In this document: positions 37,801 through 50,279 of the stretch, piece by piece
Layout of the letters: the number at the start of each line of letters is the position of its first letter
How positions within the stretch are numbered: position 1 is the first letter of the stretch
Assembly (NCBI GenBank): GCA_030390025.1
Contig: CM059440.1
Span: 52,390,001 to 52,454,000 of the forward strand
Source of the DNA: Squalus acanthias
Lineage: Eukaryota
Direction of reading: 5' to 3'
DNA length: 64,000 nt
Translations under genes and position numbers: made by a program
Notes under the pieces: model-generated
Seen by the model: only the letters and a program-made list of their open reading frames with translations
Told to the model about the DNA's origin: nothing
The model's database searches: none

Positions 37801-38990
37801 CAATTAGGTGAAAATCGCATCAATCTCCCACATCCAATTGCAGTCGGGTGGAGAACACGAAAAGTGGATGACACGACCCCAACCCGCCCCAGTATCAAAA
37901 TCCAGCCCTCTCTGTCTCTGAATCACTGGGAGTCATCAGATTGGTTGTGAGTCGCAGGCTGAATAGGGCTTTCTTAGCAGGGTCTTTGAGTGCGCCAGTG
38001 TTGATTTTCATGCGGCATTGCTTCTGTTGCCACCGCTGTTTTGGGGCTACATTGATGGAGATGACAGAGCAGATTAGGCGCTGGTCTGTCCAGCAGTCTT
38101 CAGCTCCTGTCATGGCACGGGTGATGCGAACGTCTTTGCGGTCCCACGCTCGGACAATGACGTAGTCCAGCAGATGCCAGTGCTTGGAGCGAGGGTGTTG
38201 CCATGAAGTCTTGTACTTGTCTCTCTGATGGAACAAGGTGTTGGTTATGACAAGGCCATATTCTAAGCATTTCGACAGGAGGAGGGTACCATTGGAGTTG
38301 GCTTTCCCTACCCCCTCTCTGCCGATCACACCTCCTCAGAGGTCTGTGTCCTTTCCAACTCTGGCATTGAAGTCGCCAAGGAGAATCAGCTTGTCACCCG
38401 TTTGGACTTGGGACAGGGATTATTCGAGGCTGGAGTAGAATTCCTCTTTGGTCTCGTCTGTGGCTTCCAGCATTGGAGCATACGCACTGATGACCGTAGC
38501 GCACTGGTTCTGAGCTAGGGTGAGCCGTAGAGTCATGAGGCGTTCGTTTATTCCACAAGGGGAGTCTCTGAGACGTTCAACTAGCTCATTTTTTATAGCG
38601 AAGCCTACCCCATGGAGGCAGTGTTCTTCTTCAGGTTTGCCTTTCCAGAAGAAGGTGTAACCACCGCCTTGCTCCTTGAGCTGGCCTTCCCCTGCTCACC
38701 AGGTCTCGCTTAGGGCGGCGATGTCAATGTCGAAACGTCTGAGTTCCCGTGCAACGATAGCGTTCCGGTCTGTCGCTTTTGGGGTTGTCCATGAGGGTCC
38801 TGACGTTCCAGGTCCCGAACTTCATTTTAAAGGGTGGAAGATGCCTGTGTGTGAATTCTTTTAACGTGGGGTGGCCGTTGCACACCAGCTACCACACGGG
38901 CTTGACAGAGCAAGGTCTTGGTCCAATGGCAAGGGGATCCAAGACGACTGGAGACCAGGCTCTGCTACATCGGCCTAGCACACAGACACA
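34883..38990 (-). mobile_element. Near full-length RTE-clade (BovB/RTE-1-like) LINE, decayed
   Basis: APE remnants 37895-38820 (WQHPRSKHWHLLDY), RT 35614-36567 (NYRGVSLLS, KAFDTV, KQGCVIAP, YADD), C-terminal CxxC..RIGLISH motif, short AAG tail. Confidence 0.93.
37203..37908. mobile_element. Non-autonomous PIF/Harbinger-type element (706 bp) inserted in the RTE
   Basis: Perfect 12-bp TIR GGGCTGGATTTT/AAAATCCAGCCC and 3-bp TSD TCT. Confidence 0.85.
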
Positions 38991-39129
38991 AACATACTCC
39001 TACTGTCCTCCTCCCTCAGGTCCTCTCTGCCTGTGTTTCATAGGCTGCAGTGTGGTCCTCCTGACCCCGCTGCTGGTCCACGCTGTGCCACTCCTGGGCC
39101 TCGACCTCGCCCTGGGCCTCGTCCTTGCC

Positions 39130-39440
39130 CTACAACCACCCGCGAGATCTCTGCACTCCTCCAAGTCTGGCCTCTTGCGCATCCCTGATTTTAATCGCTC
39201 CACCATTGGCGGCCGTGCCTTCAGCTGCCGAGGACCTAAGCTCTGGAATTCCCTCCCTAAACCCCTCCACCTCTCTACCTCTCTTTCCTCCTTGAGGATG
39301 CTCCTTAAAACCTACCTCTGTGACCAAGCTCCTGTCGTAATATCTCATGTGGCTCGGTGTCAAATTTACTTTGCTAATGCTCCTCCGAAGTGCCTTTTGA
39401 CGTTTTACTATGTTAAAGACGCTGTATAATAAGTTGTTGT
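39130..39440 (+). mobile_element. L2-type LINE 3' end
   Basis: RSLHSS..GLL.IP...TIGGRAFS...PKLWNSLP..L motif and gacgctgtataat tail. Confidence 0.7.
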
Positions 39441-39624
39441 TTATGTAAGCATGTTAAAATGGAAAAACAAATACACTTGCACAAAAGGTACAGTTACTTT
39501 TCTTTTAATCACTGTGTAAACTTGAAGTCCAGCTGCTCACGGAGTGTCTTCAGTGAATTTCGCTCCAATTACCCATTTCCATCTTTTAAAGTTTTTCTCA
39601 GCGACTGTTTCATTTTTACATTTT

Positions 39625-39930
39625 AAGGATATGCAGGAACTCCCTCACCCCCACTACAGAAAGACAAGTCAGTCTGTTCCCAGGATTTCACATTTAGCCA
39701 GCAGAGTGAATGATCCAGCAAAGAGCGCAGAACACCACGCACAGGAGTTCCTTCGCTGTTTTTGCAGCAGTACTTGGGAGGGAGGACACAGAAAATTAGG
39801 CAGGTGCTTCAAAAATGCAAGTTGTTGTGGAATTAACTACAATTTCAGTGAGTTACTATTTCCGCTCTTGCCCGCCCTAGGTTTTATCTCTTCCTGCTTG
39901 AGGTGGCCTCCTGGAACTTCTCGCACACCA
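39625..39930. repeat. About 300-bp direct repeat of unknown origin (second copy 45277-45585)
   Basis: aaggatatgcaggaactccc...ggaacttctcgcacacca is present twice. Confidence 0.85.
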
Positions 39931-40074
39931 GCTGTTGACTACATGGAATCGCAACGTTTACAAGGTATGGGCCACGCGGCCCATTCAAAAGTCTGCGCAT
40001 GCCCATTTTCTTTCAATTAAAAAGCCGGCTCACCCCTGGAGCGCTGCACAGCCGCGCAACTTAGAGCGAACATT

Positions 40075-40315
40075 GATCTCCCCGGTGTCCAGGCCAATAT
40101 TTATCCCTCAAGCCACATAACAAAAACAGATTATCTGGTCATAATCACATTGCTCTTCGTGGGAGCTTGCTGTGCGCAAATTGGATGCCGCGTTTTCTCA
40201 CATTACAACAGTGACTCCACTTCAAAAAGTACTGCATTGGCTGTAAAGTGCTTTGAGACGTCCGGTGGTCGTGAAAGGCGCCATAGAAATGCAAGTCTTT
40301 CTTTCTTTCTTCTTT
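40075..40315 (+). mobile_element. DeuSINE 3' half
   Basis: Central domain end and tail ggcgccatagaaatgcaag(tctt)n. Confidence 0.7.
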
Positions 40316-41056
40316 CAATTATGTATGGCCTCTGGAGTGATGATAAACTCTCCCAATGCCAAAGCCCAGTGGGATGTGTCTTGTCTTGAGAGCGCTCCAT
40401 CCGTAGAAAGGGACAGATGGGCGTGTGCAGGACATAAATAGGCAGTTGCCCTGAGGAGAAGAGATTATAGGTGATTGCACAATGCTATGACGTAAATTGC
40501 ATTGAAATATATGGTAAGAACTGTTCCTTGTACACTGCTACAGCTAGAATTAATATGATTATAAATTCAGATATCGGAAGAAAAATTCTAAGCATCCGTT
40601 GGTTTTTTGTAAAGTCAGTTTCAATTCCTGTTAAAAAAAAATGAAAATTAGTTATGGCAATGCTTTCAGTGCTAGTTTGAGTTTCTTTGCCAACACATTT
40701 TAAATTAACAATTTGACTTTAAAAAAAGTGACCTTGAATAAGCTGGTAATAAATTAGAAGTTAAAGTTGAGGCTGGGAAGGATCACATTGTTTCAGTACT
40801 GGTTTAATGATTCAGCTCGATATACAGACCTGTACCCAGCGCAATCAGTGTCACTTGGAAGAATATTTTTCTTCCCAGAACATTGGAAAATATCCCTTCC
40901 TTTAAAAGGAAACTCATAAATAGAGGCTATCTGATCAAATTAATGTTTACAAAAAGCATTTTTAAAGTTTGAGAATTCCACAAGTCACACCCTTCTGTAA
41001 TATTATGGGGCTTCACTATTGGGTGATTTATAGTAACTAAATTGGAACTGAATTAA

Positions 41057-42984
41057 TGGCCGCGATTTTGACGGCACTCAGAGTGCAGGTTCGGAGGCGG
41101 GTCCGCTGTCAAAATCGAAATGATTGACAGCAGGTTGTGAACCCGCTGTGAACCCGCCTCCATGTAAGTTTCCAAAGTGTCGGGTCTGCGATTTCAGAAC
41201 AGACCCAACACCAAGTAGTGGGGAAGGCATTTAAGATAGTTAAATGCTTGTTAAACGCTTCTTTACTACTATTTTGCTAGCCTTTTTCTATTTTCCTGCT
41301 TTTTTAACGGGGTTCGTTTATATTAATAGATTTCTGACTAGTAAAGGCATCAAGGGATATGGCGATAGGGCCGGTGAATGGAGTTGAGGCAGAAGATTAG
41401 CCATGATCTCATCGAATGGCGGAGCAGGCTCGAAGGGCCGAATGGCCTACTCCTGCTCCTAGTTCTTATGTTCACGTCATTCGGAGATCACGTCAGGTAA
41501 GTACGTCGGGTTCTCTATGTCTCCCCATTGCTGTGAATAGGTGACAGCTGCAAAAGTGGTATGAAAGCTACCATTTCACAGCTGTTCACTTTCCAATGTC
41601 AGAAGCTTGAGCCTTCAAGACTTGGAAGACACTTTTGAGCTTTATGTAGTTTGGAAGTGTTTGGAGTAAACTCTCTATCCACTGTCACCTCCTTGGAGCA
41701 AGCTCTCTCACCATTGACAGATCACGTCTGTCATCTCAACTTCAGCTGCCATCTATTCCAGCGACATCGTTGCCCTTGAAAAAATTTCACCTTGGACCTC
41801 TGAATCCCACCACGATCAGCCCCAGCACCAACATCACCAACAACAATATCAACCTTCTCCGCAATCATCTGATGCTGCACAGGACACAGAGCAACAGCAC
41901 CCGACAACTTTGCTGCCCGGGAGGCCAGCGATGGCCTCACCATGACCAGATTTACTTCACTTGATGCTGTACACACTGGCTGCCACATGATGCACCAGGT
42001 TGACACCACCCCACACCAGCACCATACAGCATCCCTACAATGTCCAAGTCATTCCTTTCACACTCATCACAATTGTGGGCAGGGGGGGGAGGAAGTTATG
42101 TCTCAACATTCACTGGAACTCACTAAGACACTTCCAAAGGTGAGCATAGATCTGTCCAATAAGGTAAAGTATTGAAAATATAGATTTCAATGTTTGACAA
42201 CACATTAACAGAAACTTCTCAGGAACATTGGCTAAACCTCCCAGGTGCCTACCCTTGTGTGTTGTTAGTTGGTATGATTGGACTAGGATGAGGGTGAGTG
42301 TGAGGGGTGGTTAGTGATAAGGGGAAGTAATAATGTAGATTGAGAGGAATGGGTGGAAGTGCAAGGTAAGTTGGTGTTAGTAAAGATGTGCAGGAGTAGG
42401 GTAGGGAGGGCAGAGTGATGGGGGTGTGATGAGTGGCACAGCAGGATGAGGTTGAGTGTGGCTTGGCAGTAACGTTTCGTGATCTGCTCAGATCATTGAA
42501 AGGTTTACGCCACTGCAGCCTGGTCCTCCTGATGACATCCCTGCTTGTGCCCTCCTGTGCAATGTGTAACCAGGCTGCGTTGATCTCCTGTGGAGGTCTC
42601 TTCTGCCTATTGGAAGGGAAGAGAACCTCCCTGCATGCAGGATTCCCTCCATAAGCATATGGAGGGAGTCATGGGAGAGCCTGGCTGTAGCCGTGCACCT
42701 TTGTGCAGTGCTTGTCAGTGTTTGCAGCACCTCAATGCTGTAGAACACTGACAGCAGAAATGTCAAGATCAATTTGGACATGGCCCCCTTAAGGAAACCG
42801 GCTGATGACGTGTCATCAAATGACATCATCAGACCCACGTCCTATTAATTGGCCGGGTACCTCGCAGGGCGGGCTTAACAAGCCCAATCAATGAAAAATC
42901 ACTTGGACAGTGCGGGCTGCAGTAGGCAACGGGCTGGGACCGCGACACCGACTCCGGCCGCCCCGGAAGGCAAAATCGCGACCA
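41057..42984. mobile_element. Internally deleted PIF/Harbinger DNA transposon
   Basis: TIR TGGCCGCGATTTTG/CAAAATCGCGACCA with TAA TSD (41054-41056, 42985-42987). Minus strand about 42485-42700 encodes a Myb/SANT-like remnant (RLSHDSLHMLMEG..REVLFP..AAWLHIA..RT..QWRKPFNDL). Confidence 0.85.
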
Positions 42985-43369
42985 TAATGTTTGACCAATT
43001 TAGAAATTGCTGGGTGACAAACCTTCATTATTGATGTAACTGTGTGCGCACGGAGGGAGGGAGCCTGTCAGGAGAATTACTGAGCGGGACTCGGAGATGA
43101 ACAGCACTATATATATCTATATATATATACATAGATTCAATTATTGTATCTACTATTCAAGACCGTGTTTCACTGTGACTAGGTAGGGGAGGGAACGTGT
43201 TTCGATTGAGAGAAATTGTTACGTGTAGAGAAATTGTTACCGTCTCCCATTTCAACTGCGAACCTCCCATCTGACATATTTTGCTCAATTAGGTCGAGTC
43301 CTTTTGTTCAGATAGATTGAAACTTGATCATCCAATTCAGTTAGATGCCTAACAACATAAACTGGCAGT

Positions 43370-43880
43370 ACTACAGCAATAACTTACATTTATGGCGTGC
43401 CTTCAACATAGCTAAATGTCCCAGTGCACGTCACAAAGGCGTGGCCATCAGAAATAGACACGCAGCCCAAAGTAGGTAATATTAACCAAAAGCTTTGTCA
43501 CAGTGGTAGGTTTTAAGGAGGGTCTTAAAGGAGGAGGTGGAAAGATGGAGGGATTTAGGGAGGGATTTCCGGAGCATGGAGCCTTGGGAGACTGAAGCCA
43601 CGACTGCCAATATGGGACGCTGGGAGGGTGGGGTGGGGGGGGAATGCACAAGAGGCCGGAGTCGGAGGAACAGAGAATTTGGGGGTGGGGGTTGTGGGGT
43701 CACAGAAGGCTGTAGAGATTGGGAGGGGCAAAGGCATGAAAGGAATTCAATATAAGGATGGGAATTTTAAATCGGAGGCAATGGGAGACTGGGAGCCAAT
43801 GTAGATCGGGGGTGATGGGTCAGTGAGACGTGATGTGGGATAGGATATGGGCAGCAGAGGTTTGGATAAAAGAAGTATAC
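43370..43880 (-). mobile_element. Old L2-type LINE 3' fragment
   Basis: Reverse complement of the tail seen at 39130-39440. Confidence 0.55.
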
Positions 43881-44509
43881 AGAGGGTGGGTGATGGGTAG
43901 CCATCAAAGGATTTAGAAGACGCTCCATAAATGGAAGTTTGTTTCCCCTTTCTTAAACTACTTACGTTGTAGTGAAACAACAAAGGCAGATGTGTTGTGA
44001 CTGTTACCAGGGTACTGAGGGTGGAACTCAAGACGTTAGAGGTATCAACAATGCTTTGATTTGATTGCCCAGAAACATTCCAGGGATTTTTGTAACTTCA
44101 GTAAATTACGAGCTTATAATACTCCACTAGTAATATTTCCCATTACTGTTTAAACAAGAATGATAATATTCAATTGAAGACTGATACATTTTGTTCATTT
44201 AACATGATTTTACTAGTCAGATGTTGGGCTTGAAGCTCAGTTTGCAGACTCAGTTACTACTCCCTCGGTCATAATTGTACTTTCCGAGTCTAGTTTTCAT
44301 TCTCTCATCCTGCAAACACATAGGCATCATACCCATCCAACAGAACAAGTCTAACCACGCACTCCACCCGAGACTACAGCCTGTGTCACTCTTTCCAAAC
44401 ACCTGACTCCTAATATTTCCCCAGTGTTGACTGTGTGAACATTTGTCACGGGGGAATTAGTGCATTTCTGGCTGCAGTATTGATCATGTGGTAGAGACCG
44501 CGTTACATT

Positions 44510-45227
44510 ACCTTACATCATACATTCAATGGCATGACCATCGCCGAATCCTCCACCATCAACATCCTGGGGGTCACCATTGACCAGAAACTTAACTGGA
44601 CCAGCCACATACTGTGGCAACATGAGTAGGTCAGAGGCTGGGTATTCTGCGGCGAGTGTCTCACCTCCTGACTCCCCAAAGCCTTTCCACCATCTACAAG
44701 GCACAAGTAAGGAGTGTGATGGAATACTCTCCACTTGCCTGGATGAGTGCAGCTCCAACAACACTCAAGAAGCTCGACACCATCCAGGACAAAGCAGCCC
44801 GCTTGATTGGCACCTCATCCACCACCTTAAACATTCACTCCCTCCACCACCGGCGCACCGTGGCTGCAGTGTGTACCATCTACAAGATGCACTGCAGCAA
44901 CTCGCCATGGCTTCTTCGGCAGCACCTCCCAAACCCGCGACCTCTTCCACCTAGAAGGACAAGGGCAGCAGGTGCATGGGAACACCACCCCCTCCAAGTT
45001 CCCCTCCAAGTCACACACCATCCTGACTTAGAAGTATATTGCTGATCCTTCATCGTCGCTGGGTCAAAATCCTGGAACTCCCTCCCTAACAACACTGTGG
45101 GAGTACCATCACCGCACGGACTGCAGCAGTTCAAGAAGGCGGCTCACCACCACCTTCTCAAGGGATGGGCAATAAATGCTGGCATTGCCAGCGACGCCCT
45201 GATCCCATAAACGAATAAAAAAAAAAT
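44510..45227 (+). mobile_element. CR1/L2-group LINE 3' fragment with poly(A) (a family distinct from the main CR1)
   Basis: ILGVTIDQKLNW...YKAQVRSVMEYSPLAW...LDTIQDKAARLI; tail ggcaataaatgctgg...aataaaaaaaa. Confidence 0.8.
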
Positions 45228-45583
45228 CACCTATAATCTCTTCGCCTCGGGGCAACTGCAGTTTATGTCCTGCACAAGGATATGCAGGAACTCCCCCAAC
45301 ACCACCCCACCACAGAAAGACAAGTCAGTCTGTTCCCAGGATTTCACATTTAGCCAGCAGAGGGAATGATCCAGCAAAGAGCGCAGAACATGACGCACAG
45401 GAGTTCCTTCACTGTTTTTGCAGAAGTACTTTGGTGGGAGGACACAGAAAATTAGGCAAGTGCTGCAAAAATGCAAGTTGTTGTGGAGTTAAGTGTAATT
45501 TCAGTGCGTTACTATTTCCACTCTTGCCCGCCCTAGGTTTTATCTCTTCCTGCTTGAGGTGGCCTCCTGGAACTTCTCGCACA

Positions 45584-46090
45584 CCAAGTAGAGGAGGTGC
45601 GTGGTGCTCCAGGCGAAGGGCCTGAACTCCTCCGGCAGGGAGTCCACCCGCCACTGGCCCACCAGGAGTCCAGAACATTTCTCCCAATTGATCCTGGCGG
45701 AGGATGCGTCCGAGTAAATCTGCTGGCATTCTCGCATCCTCCGCAAGTCCACGGGATCCGTGACCATGAGGAGCACGTCATTAGCGTAAACCGAGAGGAT
45801 GACCTCCACGCCCGGCCCTTGTAGAGCCAGTCCCATCAACCTCTTCCGCAAGAGGCGCAGGAAAGGCTCCACGCAGACGGCGTATAAATGACTGGACATG
45901 GGGCATCCCTGGTGCACCCCACTCCCGAAGCGAAGGGGCGCCGTCAAAGACCCGTTGACTTTTATCAGTCACTCCGCGGCAGCGTACAGAAGTCTGATCC
46001 AGGCGACGAAATGCGTCCCGAACCCGAATGCGCGCAGAGTTCCGAAAAGATACTCGTGATCCACCCTGTCGAATGCCTTCTCCTGATCCA
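45584..46090 (-). mobile_element. Tx1 RT fragment (duplicated)
   Basis: ORF 45540-45947 (GVHQGCPMS, YAND). Confidence 0.88.
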
Positions 46091-46602
46091 GGTAAGTTTT
46101 TAACAAGGTAAGTGGTTAATTAATTACAATTTAAAAAATTTTTCAACAGGTTTATCTTTTTTAGATACTTTAAAGAAAGGTAAGTTTATTTTTAGCACCG
46201 TTACAAAGTATAATTAATTTTTTCAAAAATTTAAATTTTTGTTTAAAGTAGTTAATTTATGTAACTTATAGTTATTTTAAAAATGTGATGTTTTTTTAAA
46301 AATTTATTTGAAGTTTAAGTGTGGTTTTGGGGCCGATCTCTATTCATAGATTTGACAGGTCTTCCTGTCAAATCTATGAATGAAAATGCCCTGCTAGGAT
46401 TGGCTCTCCGTGGCCCACGTGATCCCAGGGGATGCTTCGAACTAACTGCGCCCCTGGGATACGCAAGCACTGCGCACCGGCAGCTGGAGGAGGCCCAGGA
46501 CCCGAAGTCTTCGTGGGCCCAAAGCACAACTGCAGACGCGGTAGGCAAGTACGCGCGCGATGCTTGCACCCGCAGGAAGCATGAAAGCTGAATTTCTGGC
46601 CC
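46089..46602. mobile_element. Truncated Harbinger-type element (paralog of 21562-22075)
   Basis: Near-identical sequence. Confidence 0.65.
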
Positions 46603-46671
46603 ATTAATTAACTCAAGATAAGGGTGACAATCTAGTCTAACGGTTGAGCAGTCGCAAATCACATAATAAGG

Positions 46672-47325
46672 GACCTGTACAGGCTGCTCCTGCACACTCT
46701 CCACTTTGCCATCTTCGCCTGCCGTCCGGACACGCCTTGGCCTGCCATCTTGCCGTCCGGTGGAGGTGAAGGTCCCTACGCGGGAGTCCTCCCCTTTTCT
46801 ATTGGGGACTTGGTCTGGAGGGTGTTGCACGGAGCAGTCCCGTGCAATAAGATTTTAAACAGGTTCACAGACTCCCAGGCCGCTTGCTATTTTTGCGGCC
46901 TAGAGGAGTCCGTGTTCCACGTATACGTGGAATGTGTGAGGTTGCAGCCCCTGTTCCATTATTGGAAGGGGCTGCTCCTCGATTTTTGGCTGCACTTCGG
47001 TCCCACGCTCCTGATCTACGGTCACCCGGTGCGAAGGAGAAAAGGCAGGTCGGAGGACCTCCTCGTAGGACTGCTCCTGGGCCTGGCCAAAGTTGCCATT
47101 AATAGGTCCCGGCAGCGGGCGGCCGAGGGGGTCGTTCGCCCCATTGCCTGCCTCTCTTCCGCGGCTATGTTCGCGCCCGGGTGGCCCTGGAGATGGAGCA
47201 CGCGGTGTCCGCCGGCACGATTGAGGCCTTCCGAGACCGGTGGGCGCCGCGGGGACTGGAGTGCATTATCACCTCGGCCAGTGTGATTTTACTTTAATTT
47301 GATATGTTTTAAAATTTAATTTAAG
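46672..47325 (+). mobile_element. Tx1 ORF2 3' fragment (duplicated)
   Basis: ORF 46750-47286. Confidence 0.88.
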
Positions 47326-47346
47326 TATTTTAAGTTCCTTTGCAGT

Positions 47347-47803
47347 TCATTTGTTTGTCCGGGAGAGCGGGAGGCTCCGCTCGGCGATGCAGAGAGCTCT
47401 GCGGATGGAGAAGAGTGTCAACCAGAGTCTGCTGGATCTGCACAAACTCTCCACTGGGAGCGCCGACCCTCATCTGTGTGAATTCCTGGAGACCCACTAT
47501 CTGGATGAACAAGTGAAGACGATCAAGGAGCTTGGAGATCACATCACCAACTTGTTGAGACTGAGTTCCCTGCCTTGTAGGCAATGATGGCCTGTGACTT
47601 TGTACAAAGAGCTGAACTTGAGCTCTGTAATGTCATTTACTGTAAATAAAATGTTCAAATTTTAAAAAAAAACTTGAAATAAAACTTTTTAAAAATCTCA
47701 AGCCACATTCCCACGGGGCACACGGAGATGGGCCAAAAAAAAGAGCTGAACTTGAGCTCTGTAATGTTATTTACTGTAAATAAAATGTTCAAATAAAAAA
47801 AAT
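47347..47803 (+). pseudogene. Processed ferritin fragment (duplicate)
   Basis: ORF 47351-47587, same ferritin peptide. Confidence 0.85.
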
Positions 47804-48209
47804 CATTGTATATCCTGATGAAAGTGACGATATCACTCTTGCACAAGTATAATATGCGTGTCCCTACATTACAAGAGTGGTTGCACTTCAAAAGTGCTTC
47901 ATTGGATGAGGTTAAAAAAAAAACATTCTCTGATTGCGGGCTGAATCTTTTTTTTTAAATGTTGTAGATTGGGAGATGGACTTGCATTTCAACAGCACCT
48001 TTCATGACCTCAGGATGTCCCAAAGCGCTTTACAGCCAATGAAGTACTTTTTTGAAATTTTTATTATTCAAGTACATTAGTAATCATACAACTCATCAGT
48101 TACATAGTAAACCATTACATACCTTGATCACAATAAAGCCTTAAAAACAGCTTTATGATTTTTTTTTCTGGGCCCTCCACACTAGCATTCCCCGCAAGCA
48201 GCCAGGGTG

Positions 48210-49490
48210 AATCTTTTATTCAAATCAATAATACTTATACAACTCATCAATTACATAGTAAATCCATTACATTCATCCATCACAGTAAAACATAAAGCCT
48301 TAAAAACAGCCTTATAGTTAATATAAATGCAATGATTAATTTTACAAATAATCAATAATGTTTACAGTACAAATACCCTTAAACAATACCACACAATTTT
48401 TTAGATTTAAAATAATAAATCTCAGTTAACTCCACATAAAACAACCCATTTCAACACCACAGTGTACAAACACATAGCACCATCATAATCCAATTAAATG
48501 CTACAGATAACATTTATTCCAATAAACCAAGAAAACCTGTTTTATGCCAGTCCTACTGGCATTGTTCATTCGATCATTCATTCAATTGTTCGTCCGTTCA
48601 TTCAAGCGTTCGTCCGTTCGTTCACTCGAGCGTCCGTTCGTTCAATAATTTACCAATATTAATTTACTTTATCTTTTCAGCCACACCCAACACTAGACAA
48701 TAACCTCAAAGTAAATTCCTACATAACCACCAATACATCACCATGTGCAAATTCCCACAGTCCTTATCAGAAAATCAATTGAGCTTCAAGTAAACTGCTT
48801 TCAAACAGAAAACCTGAAACCTTCCCAACAAAACAATTAAATACCAGTTCTACGCCAGTCCTTTTGGCAATCCATTAACGAATATCATTTGATGTTGTCG
48901 AACCATGTAAAGTCATAGTCCTTGTCCGCAGTCTTCAGCCCTTCCACGGAAAAAGAAGCCATCCACTGCCTGAAATCCCGTAAAAAGACCAAACACTCAA
49001 ATCTTCTTCTGCTTGCTGTTATTGCTCACAGGACCCAACCATCAAAGAATACTCATCATTCCTTACTGATATTACTTTGCTCTGTCTTTTACTCTCCTTT
49101 TATTTTCCGTCTTTTAACCATTCACATTTTCCATCTTGTAACCGCTCACGCGCCCCATTACAGATGGAAACAGTTTGTCTTTCCTTCACCAATATGGCGA
49201 CGCATAAACCGGTCCCATGACCAAGAAAAAGCCTTACAGCTGCCGCCAGGCAGAGCAGATGCTGGGCCGCTGGAACTCATTCAGGCCCGAAACCATTCTG
49301 CAACTTTCAGAACCAGTGCAGCAATGCTCACCAACCGCATCTCCCGACTCCACCTCTGCCGACCAGCCGCGCCGCCCTGGGCCCCCCGCCTGGGGTTCTC
49401 CCCGCCCAGGCCACTCTCCTCCGGGTCTTCCACCTTGGGCCTTCTGCACCGGACCCTCCGCACCGGCATTCCCCGCAAGCAGCCGGGGTG
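48210..49490 (-). mobile_element. About 1.3-kb retroposon-like segment present only in unit B
   Basis: Begins with the AT-rich tail family of 14190-14400 and is bounded by about 39-bp imperfect direct repeats; absent at about 23688 in unit A. Confidence 0.6.
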
Positions 49491-50024
49491 TGGAGCTCAC
49501 CCGTTCACAAAGCACCAAGCTGAACTGAGAATCTTGCAGCCTGGGCTTCGATTTTGTCATTGGGGCGTGCTTTATGATTTTTTTTTAAGTTAATGGTCTT
49601 TTATTGGAAAAAAAAAGACTAGCATTTACAACTTGGAATGGGCATAATTGTAATTTGCCGAACAGCCATGTCGTCATTGTGCTGAAGTCCTATGTAGATA
49701 TATACTCTGACGGCTCCAAGTTATGGTACAGAACAGAAGATAAACGCGAGAGTCCAAGACACTCCCTTATCATAGGTAACTTTTTAAAAAATTCAGTGAA
49801 CGCTAAATTGCCTGACATCCGTTTCACTATAGTGCAATGCAGACACGTTAACCAAGTTTTAAACAGACATGCCATCCATTTTTTAATTTTTTTTTAAATT
49901 AAGATCTTCAATCCTGGTAATTGTTTTGTGAGCACACTGTTAAGTATTGCTTTATGATTATTGCGGGCTGGAGTCCAGCTGGGCAATGTGTCTGGAGCGT
50001 CTGTCGGCATGTAGTGTGTGGTGC

Positions 50025-50048
50025 GTGATGACGCAGCCAGTATAAAGA
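50025..50048 (+). promoter_or_regulatory. CRE-like site and TATA box of B7-like copy 3
   Basis: TGACGCA at about 50029-50035 and TATAAA 50041-50046. Confidence 0.55.
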
Positions 50049-50224
50049 GAGTGCCGGGCACAGCGCGCCAGAGACGAGCGGAGCCTCGAGGGTTGGGAGC
50101 TGTGCCCCGTGGAGGGCCGGCGGAAGCCTCCATAAGATGCGGGGTTTTTTGCAGCCGTGGAAACCGATAAAGAAACGATTTTCACTGGTCGTCGTCTTGT
50201 GACAGCTGTTGAGGAGAGCAAAGT

Positions 50225-50279
50225 ATGGTGAGAAGTCTGCTCGCTGTTTTGGTGGCTGTTCAATTCAGTTTGGCTCAAG
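50225..50279 (+). CDS. Copy 3 exon 1: signal peptide
   Basis: MVRSLLAVLVAVQFSLAQ, then G|gtaagt. Confidence 0.85.

Noticed and set aside
40470-40520. Possible micro-exon (ag...G|gtaaga)
   Set aside because: Weak acceptor and no partner exons identified.
48922-49593. 223-aa plus-strand ORF
   Set aside because: Non-ATG start, no domain, lies inside a repeat-derived segment.
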